NCBI GenBank assembly: GCA_043803405.1
Contig: JAZDKB010000053.1
Location: 21,185 to 85,184, forward strand
From: Spirochaetota bacterium
Lineage (GTDB): Bacteria > Spirochaetota > UBA4802 > JAFGDQ01
Direction of reading: 5' to 3'
Length of the DNA stretch: 64,000 nt
Of the stretch, positions 38,639 to 48,975 are shown piece by piece. The stretch's first letter is position 1. Each line of letters begins with the position of its first letter. The notes beneath the pieces are model-generated. The model was not told the origin of the DNA. It was given only the letters and a program-made list of their open reading frames with translations, and searched no databases. Made by a program: the position numbers and the translations under genes.

Positions 38639-40924
38639 ATGAACCTTTTAAAAAAACCTTTAATTTATTATATTTCTGCAGCGCTGATAATTGTAATCAC
38701 TGTCTTAATAATAATACTTATAAATAAAAACAGCGCCTCTTATGATGGCAAGGTCTATGCTGCGGTTGAATCGGAAATAACGATCGTGAGGGATGAAAAC
38801 GGTATACCTTCTGTAAAAAGCAGCAGCATTAACGATGCGTATTTTTCAATCGGATTTTTGCACTGTCAGGACAGGCATTCCCTGATTGAATATTTCAGGG
38901 CTATAGCAAACGGGCATCTTCCCGAATTAAAAAATAATGACGGGATATTGCTTAATAAACTGTCCTTGACAATCGGATTTGCAAGGGAAGCGGAAAAGAT
39001 TTTAACAAGGATAAAAAATCCTTATAAGGATTATCTCGACTCTTACGTTAAAGGGATAAATGCTTCCAAAAAAGAATTTTTCGGAATAAGTCAAAAGAGA
39101 TTTTCTTCATCCGAATGGACTGCAAAAGATGTGATCTCAATTCTGATCATGTTCGAATGGGCTGATTCGTTTTTAAATAACAGAAAGCTCATATTCCCGC
39201 TCCCTGAAAAAATAGACCAGAAAAACCTTAAAGAAATAATTCCGCCCGGGCTTCTGCATCAATATTCGGACGATGAACGGAGCAGCGTAAATCTGCTCGT
39301 AAAAATCAGGAACACTGTTCTGGAAAGCATAGGGCAGTTCCAGGAGGGTTTTGCTTTTTATATAGGCGGTGAGAACATGGAAGACGGCAAGGCCGTTTCC
39401 GGATTTTCCCTGGACGGCAGAATGAGTATATATCCGAAATGGTACCCGGTTACTGTTACTGTCGGTGAAAAACGAATACACGGCGTTACAGCTTCCGGTT
39501 TGCCTTTTATCTTTTTCGGCAGAAATGAGGACATTTCCTTTTCGGGATTTAATCTGAATGTCGAAACGCAGGATTTTTTCATTGAGCGAACAAGAGTATT
39601 TAACGGAACTAAGCAGTATTACATGAACGGAGTATGGAAGAATTTTAATCTTATTGATGAGAAGCTTGCTCCCGGCACAAAAGGCGACAGTGAAGATGAA
39701 TCCGCCTTAGCTGTAAGGGCAACCGATATCGGGCCTGTGATAAGCGACCTGATAAGCAGGGAAGAAGATTCCTACACTATCTCAATAAATTCAATATTTC
39801 CGGATGAAAGCTATATACATCTTCTTTTCGAAATACCGCTGGCGAATTCAATTGCAAATGCGAAAAATTTGCTGTGGAATATTTATTCTTTACCGAGGCT
39901 GTATCTTTTTGCCAATGATGATGATGCGGTTTGCGCGTTTTCAGGAAAAATTCCGCAGAGGTTCCAGGGAAGATTTTTTAACGACAGCAGCGCTTATACC
40001 GCAGGTATTTTCGATATTCTCTACTACGGGAAAAAATCGGCTACCTATAATTTAATAATAGGAAATAATATTTTTGAAACTGAACCTGCAATAATAAAAG
40101 ATCGCCTTGTATACAAGGATCAGCTCCGATACGATACATTAAAAGATCTGGTTGAGAAAGAGGACTATTTAACCTCAAAGGATATTACTGCGGCCATGAG
40201 CAATACCCGTTCGGCACTGGCGGAACAGTTTGTACCTGAGTTTCTTTCAATGCTGGAGCAGATGCCGCTGCCGTCAGCCAAACTGTGCAGAATTTATTTC
40301 AACAACTGGAACTATAATATGGCTCCGGATTCGGTTGCTGCAACTATCTTTAATACTCTTCTTATAAAAATGCTGGAAGAAACAATTAAAGATGAGATGG
40401 GTAACTCAAACCGCGTATTAATGGAAAACTATTATTATTTAATAAACAGGTTTTATGATCTGGTTCTTAAAGGGAATTCAGCAATATTTAACGACATAAC
40501 CACAAAGGGAAATATCGAGAACAAAGAGAATATTTTTGACAGGGCTTTTATAAAAATGCTCAGGAGTTTAAGTAAGCAGTCCGGACCTGAAATGAATAAC
40601 TGGAAATGGGGAAAATATCATAAGGGAAATTTTAAAATGCCTGCCGACAGGAAAGAATTAAAACATATTGCGATTGCAGGCGGCAGCTCGACTATCAATA
40701 AAGGAGAAGTCAGTGCTGTAAATTTATTAAAACCTGTTAATGTCTCGCTGATTTCCGGAATTTTTTACATGGATTTGCATCTTTCTTTTTTATCTCTTGG
40801 GGTATCGCCGACTCTGGACACCAGTTCGGACTATTTTAAAAGCTCCGTTAGTTTCGGTAATTTTGTGAGCATTGACAGCACAGAGGCGCAACATACTTTA
40901 AGGCTGCTGCCCTTGAAAAAATGA
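38639..40924 (+). CDS. Penicillin acylase (Ntn hydrolase)-like protein, probably catalytically degenerate
   Basis: IVRDENGIP, GFLHCQDR, YVKGIN, GRNEDI, TDIGPVI, WKWGKYH; no GSN nucleophile motif. Confidence 0.78.
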   Translation: MNLLKKPLIYYISAALIIVITVLIIILINKNSASYDGKVYAAVESEITIVRDENGIPSVKSSSINDAYFSIGFLHCQDRHSLIEYFRAIANGHLPELKNNDGILLNKLSLTIGFAREAEKILTRIKNPYKDYLDSYVKGINASKKEFFGISQKRFSSSEWTAKDVISILIMFEWADSFLNNRKLIFPLPEKIDQKNLKEIIPPGLLHQYSDDERSSVNLLVKIRNTVLESIGQFQEGFAFYIGGENMEDGKAVSGFSLDGRMSIYPKWYPVTVTVGEKRIHGVTASGLPFIFFGRNEDISFSGFNLNVETQDFFIERTRVFNGTKQYYMNGVWKNFNLIDEKLAPGTKGDSEDESALAVRATDIGPVISDLISREEDSYTISINSIFPDESYIHLLFEIPLANSIANAKNLLWNIYSLPRLYLFANDDDAVCAFSGKIPQRFQGRFFNDSSAYTAGIFDILYYGKKSATYNLIIGNNIFETEPAIIKDRLVYKDQLRYDTLKDLVEKEDYLTSKDITAAMSNTRSALAEQFVPEFLSMLEQMPLPSAKLCRIYFNNWNYNMAPDSVAATIFNTLLIKMLEETIKDEMGNSNRVLMENYYYLINRFYDLVLKGNSAIFNDITTKGNIENKENIFDRAFIKMLRSLSKQSGPEMNNWKWGKYHKGNFKMPADRKELKHIAIAGGSSTINKGEVSAVNLLKPVNVSLISGIFYMDLHLSFLSLGVSPTLDTSSDYFKSSVSFGNFVSIDSTEAQHTLRLLPLKK

Positions 40925-41035
40925 TCTTACCATATCGTATTCACTTCTTAGTATTTTTAGTATGATTTATCATTGTACCCATGACCGGTTTCATCGCCGG
41001 TATTTTTTAATTAAATTTATTTTTGGAAAATATAA

Positions 41036-41476
41036 ATGACTAAAAAAAGCGATATTGCAGTACAAAAATTTAACGAGGGATACAATTGTTCCCAGTCTGT
41101 GCTGTTTTCATTCTGCGATGACCTGAAGTTAGATAAGGACATTGCGCTTAAGCTCGCGTGCGGCTTCGGAGCAGGCATGGGCAGAAAACAGGAAGTCTGC
41201 GGAGCTGTTACAGGCGGCATAATGGTTCTGGGCGCTAAGTTTGGCAGGGGAGAGAAAGAAGATATTTCTTCAACTGAAAAGACTTATCCAAAGGTCAGGG
41301 AATTTATGGATAAATTCGCGAAAAAAAACGGCAGCTTTGTATGCGGTTGTTTGCTGAACGAGTGCGAGCTTCTCAGCGAAGAGGGACAAAAATGTTTCAG
41401 GGAAAACAGTCTAAGAAATAAAGTGTGCATACCTTGCGTTCAGAGCGCTGTTGAAATACTGGAAGAAATGTTATAA
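41036..41476 (+). CDS. C-GCAxxG-C-C family putative redox protein
   Basis: GYNCSQSV, GFGAGMG...VCGAVTG, later Cys residues. Confidence 0.88.
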   Translation: MTKKSDIAVQKFNEGYNCSQSVLFSFCDDLKLDKDIALKLACGFGAGMGRKQEVCGAVTGGIMVLGAKFGRGEKEDISSTEKTYPKVREFMDKFAKKNGSFVCGCLLNECELLSEEGQKCFRENSLRNKVCIPCVQSAVEILEEML

Positions 41477-41824
41477 AGTGCCTCCTATAGTATAAAGATC
41501 CTTCTATAGTACCCACCAGCATCTAATATATTTTATGTGAGCAGTTAATAATTTAAATCAATTTATGCTGCATTCATATTTATGAATCCTCAGTCGGATC
41601 ATTACGATTAATAAAAACTTATTTGTTATATTCCTTTTCGTTATTCAGTAAAAAAAATCAGAATCTTTACAAGGAAAATAATATTCTTGTATCGTATTTT
41701 TCTTCCAATATTTAAAGAATAATTGTTGTATTTTATAGCTTATTTTTTTTATTATACTAAATCATTACTAATGATATTTACCGGCTGTTTTAAAGCAGCT
41801 TATTTTATAATACGAGGCAGCACA

Positions 41825-43009
41825 ATGAATACAGAAGACTTAATACGGATTGCGAATGCAAAACTACTCAAGGTCACAAACCGGCCGGACATTGTGATGG
41901 CAAAAGGCAGAGGCCTGTACCTGTACGATGTTGAAGGCAACAAATACCTGGATTTTGTGGCTGGCTGGGGCGTGAACGCGCTTGGGCATTCTCCTAAAGC
42001 CGTTGCAAAAGCGCTCGCGAAGCAGGCAAAGACGCTGGCGAACGCGAGCCCCGCTTACTTCAACGTGCCGATGATTGAGTTTGCGGAAATGCTCACTGGA
42101 GCCTCGTGCTTTCAGAGGGCGTTCTTCTGCTCAACAGGCGCGGAAGCGAACGAAGGCGCAATCAAGCTCGCGCGCAAGTACGGCTCAGTTCACAAAAAAG
42201 GAGCAAGCGATATAATAACAACAATCGGGAGCTTTCACGGACGCACGCTGACTACCATGGCTGCTTCGGGGAAAGCTGCGTTTGAAAAGCTGTTCGAGCC
42301 GAAGACAAAAGGATTCGTTAAAGTCAAATTCAATGATTTGAACGCTGTCAAAAAAGCGATCACAAAAAATACCTGCGCTGTAATGCTGGAGCCTATCCAG
42401 GGTGAAGGCGGAGTAAATGCTGCAAATAAAGATTATGTCCTGGGATTGCGTGAACTTTGCGATAAAAACAATATGCTTTTAGTTTTCGACGAAGTGCAGA
42501 CAGGCATGGGCAGGACAGGAAAAATGTTCTGCTATGAACACTTCGGGATAGAGCCGGACATTATAACTCTGGCAAAGGGGATCGGCGCTGGGTTCCCGCT
42601 TGCGGCCATGCTCGCTAAGGAAAAACTCAATATATTTGCTCCAGGAGAGCAAGGAGGAACATATACGCATCAGCCCCTGGCTATGGCAGTAGGCATTGCC
42701 GTGCTGAAAGAGTTTAAAGAAAAAGACGTTGTCGGTAACTGCGCGAAAATGGGAGCGCTCATCGTATCAAGGCTGCAGGCGCTGTCAAATGAATACGAGA
42801 TCGAAAACATAAGAGGCATGGGGCTTCTGCTTGGGTTTAATCTGCAGAAAAGCAATGCTGCCGATTTCGTGAATAAATGCTTAAAGGACGGCCTGCTCAT
42901 CAATTCTCCGCAGGAAAAAGCGATACGGCTAATGCCTCCGCTTATTATAAAAGAAAAAGAGATCAACGAACTGTTTGCTATATTAACGAAAAATCTTGCG
43001 AAAAAATAA
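41825..43009 (+). CDS. argD: Acetylornithine aminotransferase (class III)
   Basis: GAEANEGAIKLAR, SFHGRT, EPIQGEGG, DEVQTGMGRTG, AKGIG; start placed at ATG 41825 behind GAGG. Confidence 0.88.
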   Translation: MNTEDLIRIANAKLLKVTNRPDIVMAKGRGLYLYDVEGNKYLDFVAGWGVNALGHSPKAVAKALAKQAKTLANASPAYFNVPMIEFAEMLTGASCFQRAFFCSTGAEANEGAIKLARKYGSVHKKGASDIITTIGSFHGRTLTTMAASGKAAFEKLFEPKTKGFVKVKFNDLNAVKKAITKNTCAVMLEPIQGEGGVNAANKDYVLGLRELCDKNNMLLVFDEVQTGMGRTGKMFCYEHFGIEPDIITLAKGIGAGFPLAAMLAKEKLNIFAPGEQGGTYTHQPLAMAVGIAVLKEFKEKDVVGNCAKMGALIVSRLQALSNEYEIENIRGMGLLLGFNLQKSNAADFVNKCLKDGLLINSPQEKAIRLMPPLIIKEKEINELFAILTKNLAKK

Positions 43010-43013
43010 AGCA

Positions 43014-46000
43014 ATGAAAGACAGGCTATTTAAAATTCTTTTTTGCCTGCTCAGCGTTCTTGTTTTTTCTGTTTTCGCGGATATTGCAGAAGCGGACGAC
43101 TGGTCAGACCTTGACGAAGGCGAGCACGAAATTTACGGAAGCGAGAAAGATGAAAAATATCCGGTAAACATGCTTTTTTTAGAAAAAGAAAAATGGTCTA
43201 ACCATTATTCTTTCATGGCATTATGGCTTTACAAATATACCGACTATCCTAAATACGCATCAACCAGGTTCCTGCCGTTTTATTATAATATTGAAAGCAA
43301 AATTGATAACCGTAAAAAAAGAATTGTACCGTTTTTCTGGTATAACCGCGTTGAAGGCAACTCCGACCTTCTGGTTACGCCTATTTTTTATTCAAACAGA
43401 AACTCCGGCGATTCCGACATATCATGGCTGTATCTGTTCTGGTGGGGCAAAAGCGGAACTGATTACAAAACCTCATATAATTTTTTTATTCCATTACTGT
43501 TCTATAATAGCGACGGCCGAACCAAAGACGGCAGTGACACGGACTCTTTATTGATCAACCCGTTGTTCGTTTCAAAATATAATACAGGCAATAACAGTGC
43601 GTACAAACACAGAACCAATTTTTCATTGCTGCATTATTATGAATCGGACACATGGCCGGATAAAAATGAGACAACCTGGTGGGCGCCTATTATACCGGTA
43701 ACTTATCACCACACCTCTGCCGACGGAGGGCACAGGAATGTTTTATTTCTATTGGATTATTCATGGAAAACAGATGGTCCGGTAGATAAATGGGAACGTT
43801 TCTGGCTTGCGCCGTTCTGGTTCTGGGAAGGCGGGGATAACGGGTATAATAATATTCTGCCTCCAATCTACATTGATTCAAGAAATGCGAACGGAGAATC
43901 CTATTGGCACATCCTTCCTTTCTTTATTTATAAGAAAGATATTAGTCATAATTACACTACATTTAATAAAACAATAATTACTTTGTTTTCTTATCATTCA
44001 AAGGAATTCAAGGGAGATAAAAAGTGGGACGGCGATTTAACGCGGCAAACCGAATGGTACCCAATAATCCCGCTTTATTTCGCGCACACAGATTCCGGGC
44101 GCGGCACACACAGGAACTTTCTGTGGCTGTTCGACTGGCACAGTAGTAAGGAAAACGGCATTGACAGGTTCTGGTTTATCCCAGTCTGGCTCAAAGGAAA
44201 AAACTACAGGCATTTCCTGCTTCCGCTATACATGAACTTTAAACAGGATAACGATGGATATTATACACACTTTCTTCCTTTACTGATATTCAACTGGCGT
44301 TCTTTTGAAAAAAATTATTCAAATTCAGATAAAAATTATGAAAGTAAGGTTTACAAAGAAACAAGGCTTTCGTTTATATACTCATCTACAGGCAAATATG
44401 CTGTCAATGGGGAGACGGAAAGTGAATTATACAAATCATTCTGGCTGCCTATAATCCCGCTGTTTTACAGATCAACCCACAAAGAAGAAGGCTCACACAC
44501 AAATCTTTTTTGGCTAATAGACTGGGCTAGCAATAAAGAAGGAAACACGGAGCGGTTCTGGTTTATCCCATTCGCATTTCATCAGCCGGGAGATTCCGGT
44601 TACAGATTTTATTTTCCTTTTTACTTCAGGCCGTCCGGCAACACCGAAAAGAGCGGGCTCTCGTTCGGGCTGTTCCATTACCACTCATGGTCACCCGAAA
44701 AAAGAATTATGTGGCTGGGCCCGTGCTTTGCCCAGTATTATCCTGAGAAGAAAGAGCATTTCGGCATGCTTCTGCCTGTTTATGCTGCGTGGAAAACGCA
44801 AAAGAGCGAAGGAGAAATTCTGCTTCCGTGGTCAATTACTTACAGGGATAATAAAAGATCTTTATACGTAAATATTTTCGGCATATCAAAAAGCGCTGTG
44901 CTTGGGCCGCTCAATCCCGAAGTGTCGCTCGGAGCAGGGACATACAACGGCAGGTGGTACTTTGACACGGATGTATCGTGGCTTTATAATGTGTTCAGCG
45001 TATCAACCCGCATAAGCGTTAAGAATCCGTGGAGCGGCGGGGAAAGCGTTCCTGATATAAAAAGCCCTGAAGAAGGAAGCGACATCCGGGAAATATTCGC
45101 GGATGAATTTAATGCAGGACCGTCACTGAAAAAAGACAGAGAGCTTTCAAGGGACACCTCGGAATTCTTCTGGGGATACAAATTACTCTTCGGGTGGTTC
45201 GCGTACGAGCATGGCGACACGAAGAGGCACATAAGGCTTATTCCGCTCGGATGGTTCACGTGGGATAAAAAATCGGATGATAAGCTTTACACAATTCCGT
45301 TTGCTTTTCTTTCGTACAAATCGCAGGATATCGAGTACTTTGTACTCTATCCTTTATTCATTCCGATTTACGGGTATCAGAGAGATAGGGAATCGTATGC
45401 CAGGGGCTTTTTTATAAATGCTTATTGGGATGAATATAATGCTGACGAAAAACTGCGTGAGCAGACAATATTGTGGCCTCTAATAAACTGGTACAGATCG
45501 CCAAGAAAACACGGATGGAGAATCTTCCCTGTTATATGGCACAAGGAAGCCAGTAAGGACGATTCTCAGATAAGCAAATATATAATTCCGCCGCTGTTGT
45601 TTTATTCGAATTATGAAACAGACAGGAATAATAATCTTAAAAACAAAAGCGTAATTAATCCGCTGTATTATTCCAGAAAAACAACAAGCGCGTCGGAAAC
45701 AAGCGAAACAACAACAATTCCGATCATCCCGCTCATTTATTATTATTCCAGCAATACAACCATATATTCATTCGGCAGTAATACAGGCGCTTCGGATTCA
45801 GCAACAGGAGCAAAAATTAAAACCATTACCCGCACAATGAATCATTTTCTTCCTCTGCTTTATTTTTCCTGGGACACGATAACCATTTGGGAAAACAACA
45901 GGGAAGAAAAGGAATCCAATACTTTTTGTCTTGGTTACTACCGGAGCGCGAATCAAAAAGAAGAGAAATCCAGCGTGCTGTTCGGGCTATTCAGCCGGAA

Positions 46001-47513
46001 AAAGAATATTGCGGATGATTCGTCTAAAACCGGACTTCTTTACGGTCTTTTCAGATACTCTTCAGGTAAAGAATCGCAGTTTTATTTTATCCCGTTCTGG
46101 TATTATAATTCTTATAATAATATTATTAATAATCAGCAAAAGAGAAGTTTTATAAGTCCGGTTTATTATTCCAGAAAAACAACAAGCGCGTCGGAAACAA
46201 GCGAAACAACAATGCTCCCGATCATTCCGCTAATTTATTATTCTTCCAGCGATAAAACAATATATTCATTCGGAAGGGATACAAACACTGCAGATTCAAT
46301 ATCGGGAGCAAAGGTTAAATCGATTACACATTCGACCAGGCATATACTTCCTCTGCTTTATTTTTCATGGGACAAGACAACTGTTCTGGAAAATAATAAA
46401 GAAGAAAACGAATCCAGCAATTTTCTGCTTGGATTTTACTGGGGTTCAAATCAAAGAGAAACGAAAAAGAGCCTGCTGTTTGGATTGTTCAGCTGGAAAA
46501 ATAATCTTACTGATGACTCGAGCAAAACCGGACTTCTTTACGGCCTTTTCAGATATGCGTCAGGTAAAGAATCGCAGTTTTACTTTATCCCGTTCTGGTA
46601 TTATTATTCTTCACAATCCGAATGGCACTTTAATCTTTTGCTATTTGCGGATTATAAATCGGAAGAAAATTATAAACGGTTTTTTCTTTTCCCGTTCTGG
46701 TACACAAGCACTGAAAACGGAAACTCGCACAGTAACATTCTCGGCCTTATAGACTGGAAGCGCGGCCATGACAGCAAGCTCACGAGATCATGGTTCCTGC
46801 CTTTTTATTTATGGTACCCCGGAGAAGAAAGCGATCTATTTATTTTCCCATTGCTAACATATTATGGGAGTTCGCCTAAAGAGACTACTAAGTTTATCTT
46901 AGGTTATTATTCTTATAGCTCGGATTCCTATGAGCGGCAGAATTTCCTGTATCTCTTTGACCGCAGGAAATATCATGAGGATCACAAAGAATACAATTAT
47001 TTATTCGGCACTATACATTATGAGACAACGCAGTATAAAACAGAATGGAAGCTTGCTTTCGGAATATTAATGGATTACGAAGGATATAAAAATTCTGAAA
47101 ACTATAAATTCGATTTTCTGCTTTTTATAAGCAACTGGGAAAGGAACGGAGACTACTATCAGTCCAGCATATTGCCTTTGTGGTACTACAAAGAAAACAA
47201 AAATGACTGGTCGTTCCTTACTCCTGTGGGATTATCGTACTTCAGCAAAGACAGAAACGGCGACCTAGACCTTGGGCTTCTGGGCTTGCTTTACTTCAGG
47301 AACAACGACATACCAGAGAAGAGCGACACGCGCGCAGTGCTCGGCGGCGCTCTTTACTGGGAAAGAGAAAAACCGGAAAGAGGCTATCACTCATTCGGGA
47401 GCCTGTGGGGCGTCCTGTGGGATTATGAAACCGAAAGTGAGACCGGATTTAAAAAGTTAAGCATATTAAAAATTCCGGTATACAAGTCAAAAGGATCCGG
47501 CGAAGAGAAATAA
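43014..47513 (+). CDS. Very large aromatic-rich exported repeat protein with an internal duplication
   Basis: Signal peptide; many F/W-x-P-F/L-Y/W units; duplication 45657-46106 / 46155-46604. Confidence 0.8.
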   Translation: MKDRLFKILFCLLSVLVFSVFADIAEADDWSDLDEGEHEIYGSEKDEKYPVNMLFLEKEKWSNHYSFMALWLYKYTDYPKYASTRFLPFYYNIESKIDNRKKRIVPFFWYNRVEGNSDLLVTPIFYSNRNSGDSDISWLYLFWWGKSGTDYKTSYNFFIPLLFYNSDGRTKDGSDTDSLLINPLFVSKYNTGNNSAYKHRTNFSLLHYYESDTWPDKNETTWWAPIIPVTYHHTSADGGHRNVLFLLDYSWKTDGPVDKWERFWLAPFWFWEGGDNGYNNILPPIYIDSRNANGESYWHILPFFIYKKDISHNYTTFNKTIITLFSYHSKEFKGDKKWDGDLTRQTEWYPIIPLYFAHTDSGRGTHRNFLWLFDWHSSKENGIDRFWFIPVWLKGKNYRHFLLPLYMNFKQDNDGYYTHFLPLLIFNWRSFEKNYSNSDKNYESKVYKETRLSFIYSSTGKYAVNGETESELYKSFWLPIIPLFYRSTHKEEGSHTNLFWLIDWASNKEGNTERFWFIPFAFHQPGDSGYRFYFPFYFRPSGNTEKSGLSFGLFHYHSWSPEKRIMWLGPCFAQYYPEKKEHFGMLLPVYAAWKTQKSEGEILLPWSITYRDNKRSLYVNIFGISKSAVLGPLNPEVSLGAGTYNGRWYFDTDVSWLYNVFSVSTRISVKNPWSGGESVPDIKSPEEGSDIREIFADEFNAGPSLKKDRELSRDTSEFFWGYKLLFGWFAYEHGDTKRHIRLIPLGWFTWDKKSDDKLYTIPFAFLSYKSQDIEYFVLYPLFIPIYGYQRDRESYARGFFINAYWDEYNADEKLREQTILWPLINWYRSPRKHGWRIFPVIWHKEASKDDSQISKYIIPPLLFYSNYETDRNNNLKNKSVINPLYYSRKTTSASETSETTTIPIIPLIYYYSSNTTIYSFGSNTGASDSATGAKIKTITRTMNHFLPLLYFSWDTITIWENNREEKESNTFCLGYYRSANQKEEKSSVLFGLFSRKKNIADDSSKTGLLYGLFRYSSGKESQFYFIPFWYYNSYNNIINNQQKRSFISPVYYSRKTTSASETSETTMLPIIPLIYYSSSDKTIYSFGRDTNTADSISGAKVKSITHSTRHILPLLYFSWDKTTVLENNKEENESSNFLLGFYWGSNQRETKKSLLFGLFSWKNNLTDDSSKTGLLYGLFRYASGKESQFYFIPFWYYYSSQSEWHFNLLLFADYKSEENYKRFFLFPFWYTSTENGNSHSNILGLIDWKRGHDSKLTRSWFLPFYLWYPGEESDLFIFPLLTYYGSSPKETTKFILGYYSYSSDSYERQNFLYLFDRRKYHEDHKEYNYLFGTIHYETTQYKTEWKLAFGILMDYEGYKNSENYKFDFLLFISNWERNGDYYQSSILPLWYYKENKNDWSFLTPVGLSYFSKDRNGDLDLGLLGLLYFRNNDIPEKSDTRAVLGGALYWEREKPERGYHSFGSLWGVLWDYETESETGFKKLSILKIPVYKSKGSGEEK

Positions 47514-47727
47514 AAATATAATGCTCAAGATGCGTATTTTACTACCTGTAACATAATAGGTTAAATCAGGACTCATCATAAAATAAAAAAATTAATATTC
47601 TGCTTAATTAGTTTTTTTATTAAGAAAGTATTTGTATAATACAGATATTAATGATATAACAGCATTTTAAGTTGTACAGGTTATTATTTAATCTATATGT
47701 GAATACTATTATTTTTTTGAGGAAAAA

Positions 47728-48030
47728 ATGATAACAGCTAATATCGATAAGACGCTTAATATTGCAATTAACGCTGAATCAATGGACATCAACAATGCGG
47801 ACATTATAATGAAAGAAATGAAAAAGGAAGCCTTAAGTAATGCCAGTAAAGATATTGTAGTAGATCTGGGGAATGTAAGATTCGTCGATTCATCCGCAAT
47901 TGCAATACTTGTGAAATTTGTTCAATCGCTTGTGGGTTCCAGAAGAAAAATTTCTTTTGTTAACGCGAGTGAAAGCGTATTATATTCCGTAAATGTACTT
48001 AAGCTTACAAAATTCCTGAACTTTAAATAG
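47728..48030 (+). CDS. STAS-domain anti-sigma factor antagonist
   Basis: IVVDLGNVRFVDSSAIAIL. Confidence 0.9.
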   Translation: MITANIDKTLNIAINAESMDINNADIIMKEMKKEALSNASKDIVVDLGNVRFVDSSAIAILVKFVQSLVGSRRKISFVNASESVLYSVNVLKLTKFLNFK

Positions 48031-48072
48031 ATAACGTTTAAGACAAAAAGCAAAAAGCGTTCATTAAAAAGT

Positions 48073-48759
48073 TTATTCAATATTAAGCTTTCTGTAGCCT
48101 TCCGGCAGCTTAAATATGCTTTCCGGTATCTCTCCTGCTGAAAATTTTATGAGCTCTATTTTCAGATTTTTTTCCGCTGTTTTCGGTCTTATAATTATTG
48201 TCGCGCTTTCAGCAATATATAAATTACCGGCCTTCATTGCCGGCATCAGCTTTTTTATTATTATATCGCTGTTCTGTTCCAGAAAAGAAAGGTACGGAGA
48301 CAGAGGAGCTTCAATATCTTTTGTGAGCCATATTCGCGCAAGAGCAGCTATTTTCGGAATATATATCACCACCTCATGACAATGGTAATTCCCGATCTTC
48401 TTTTTAATCCCGCTTTCCTTGCTCAGCACATCTTCCGGTTCCAGATTTACAAACTCACCGTAAATCCGTTCATTATACGGCAGCTTAAAATTCCCGGACG
48501 CGTAAATCGATATATCTTTTTTTGCATCTTCGATAACATAAACTTTATTTGCGTTGTAATCAAAAATAATTTTTTTTGCAATCGTGGGGTCGTCAAGCAA
48601 TGTCTTATCTTTTGCAATATATGTTTTTCTGACTCCATGGAACGGCTTTTCGGTCATAGTTGTAGTGATTTTTTCTTCAATGGTTATATCCGGATATACT
48701 GCTGTTGAAACCGAAGAAATAAAAATAATGCATAATATGATTTTTTTTATTCGAAGCAT
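48073..48759 (-). CDS. Exported protein, DUF4412-like
   Basis: Signal peptide; KKKIGNYHC, IWLTKD, FKLPEGY. Confidence 0.6.
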   Translation of the reverse strand: MLRIKKIILCIIFISSVSTAVYPDITIEEKITTTMTEKPFHGVRKTYIAKDKTLLDDPTIAKKIIFDYNANKVYVIEDAKKDISIYASGNFKLPYNERIYGEFVNLEPEDVLSKESGIKKKIGNYHCHEVVIYIPKIAALARIWLTKDIEAPLSPYLSFLEQNSDIIIKKLMPAMKAGNLYIAESATIIIRPKTAEKNLKIELIKFSAGEIPESIFKLPEGYRKLNIE

Positions 48760-48856
48760 ATTGGACCTCGGTTATTTTAACAGGCTGCCTGTGAATTCAT
48801 GTACCCTGCTGCCTTGTATAAAACATTGCTGTTCTAATTTATTGTTTCCATTGTTG

Positions 48857-48913
48857 AATCCCCCGGATCGCTTCGCGATCCACCCCCTTTAATTAAAGGG
48901 GGCAAGGGGGATT
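48857..48913. repeat. Family A-related single palindrome with hairpin insert
   Basis: AATCCCCC-GGATCGCTTCGCGATCC-ACCCCCTTTAATTAAAGGGGG-CAA-GGGGGATT. Confidence 0.72.
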
Positions 48914-48975
48914 TTTCAGCAAAAATTATCTCAAGCAGATAAGCCAATAATTAATAATCGGCTTGTAATCAAACT

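Noticed and set aside
45657..46604. Diversity-generating retroelement template/variable repeat pair
   Set aside because: Both copies are in-frame parts of one gene, differences are not confined to adenines, and no reverse transcriptase is present.
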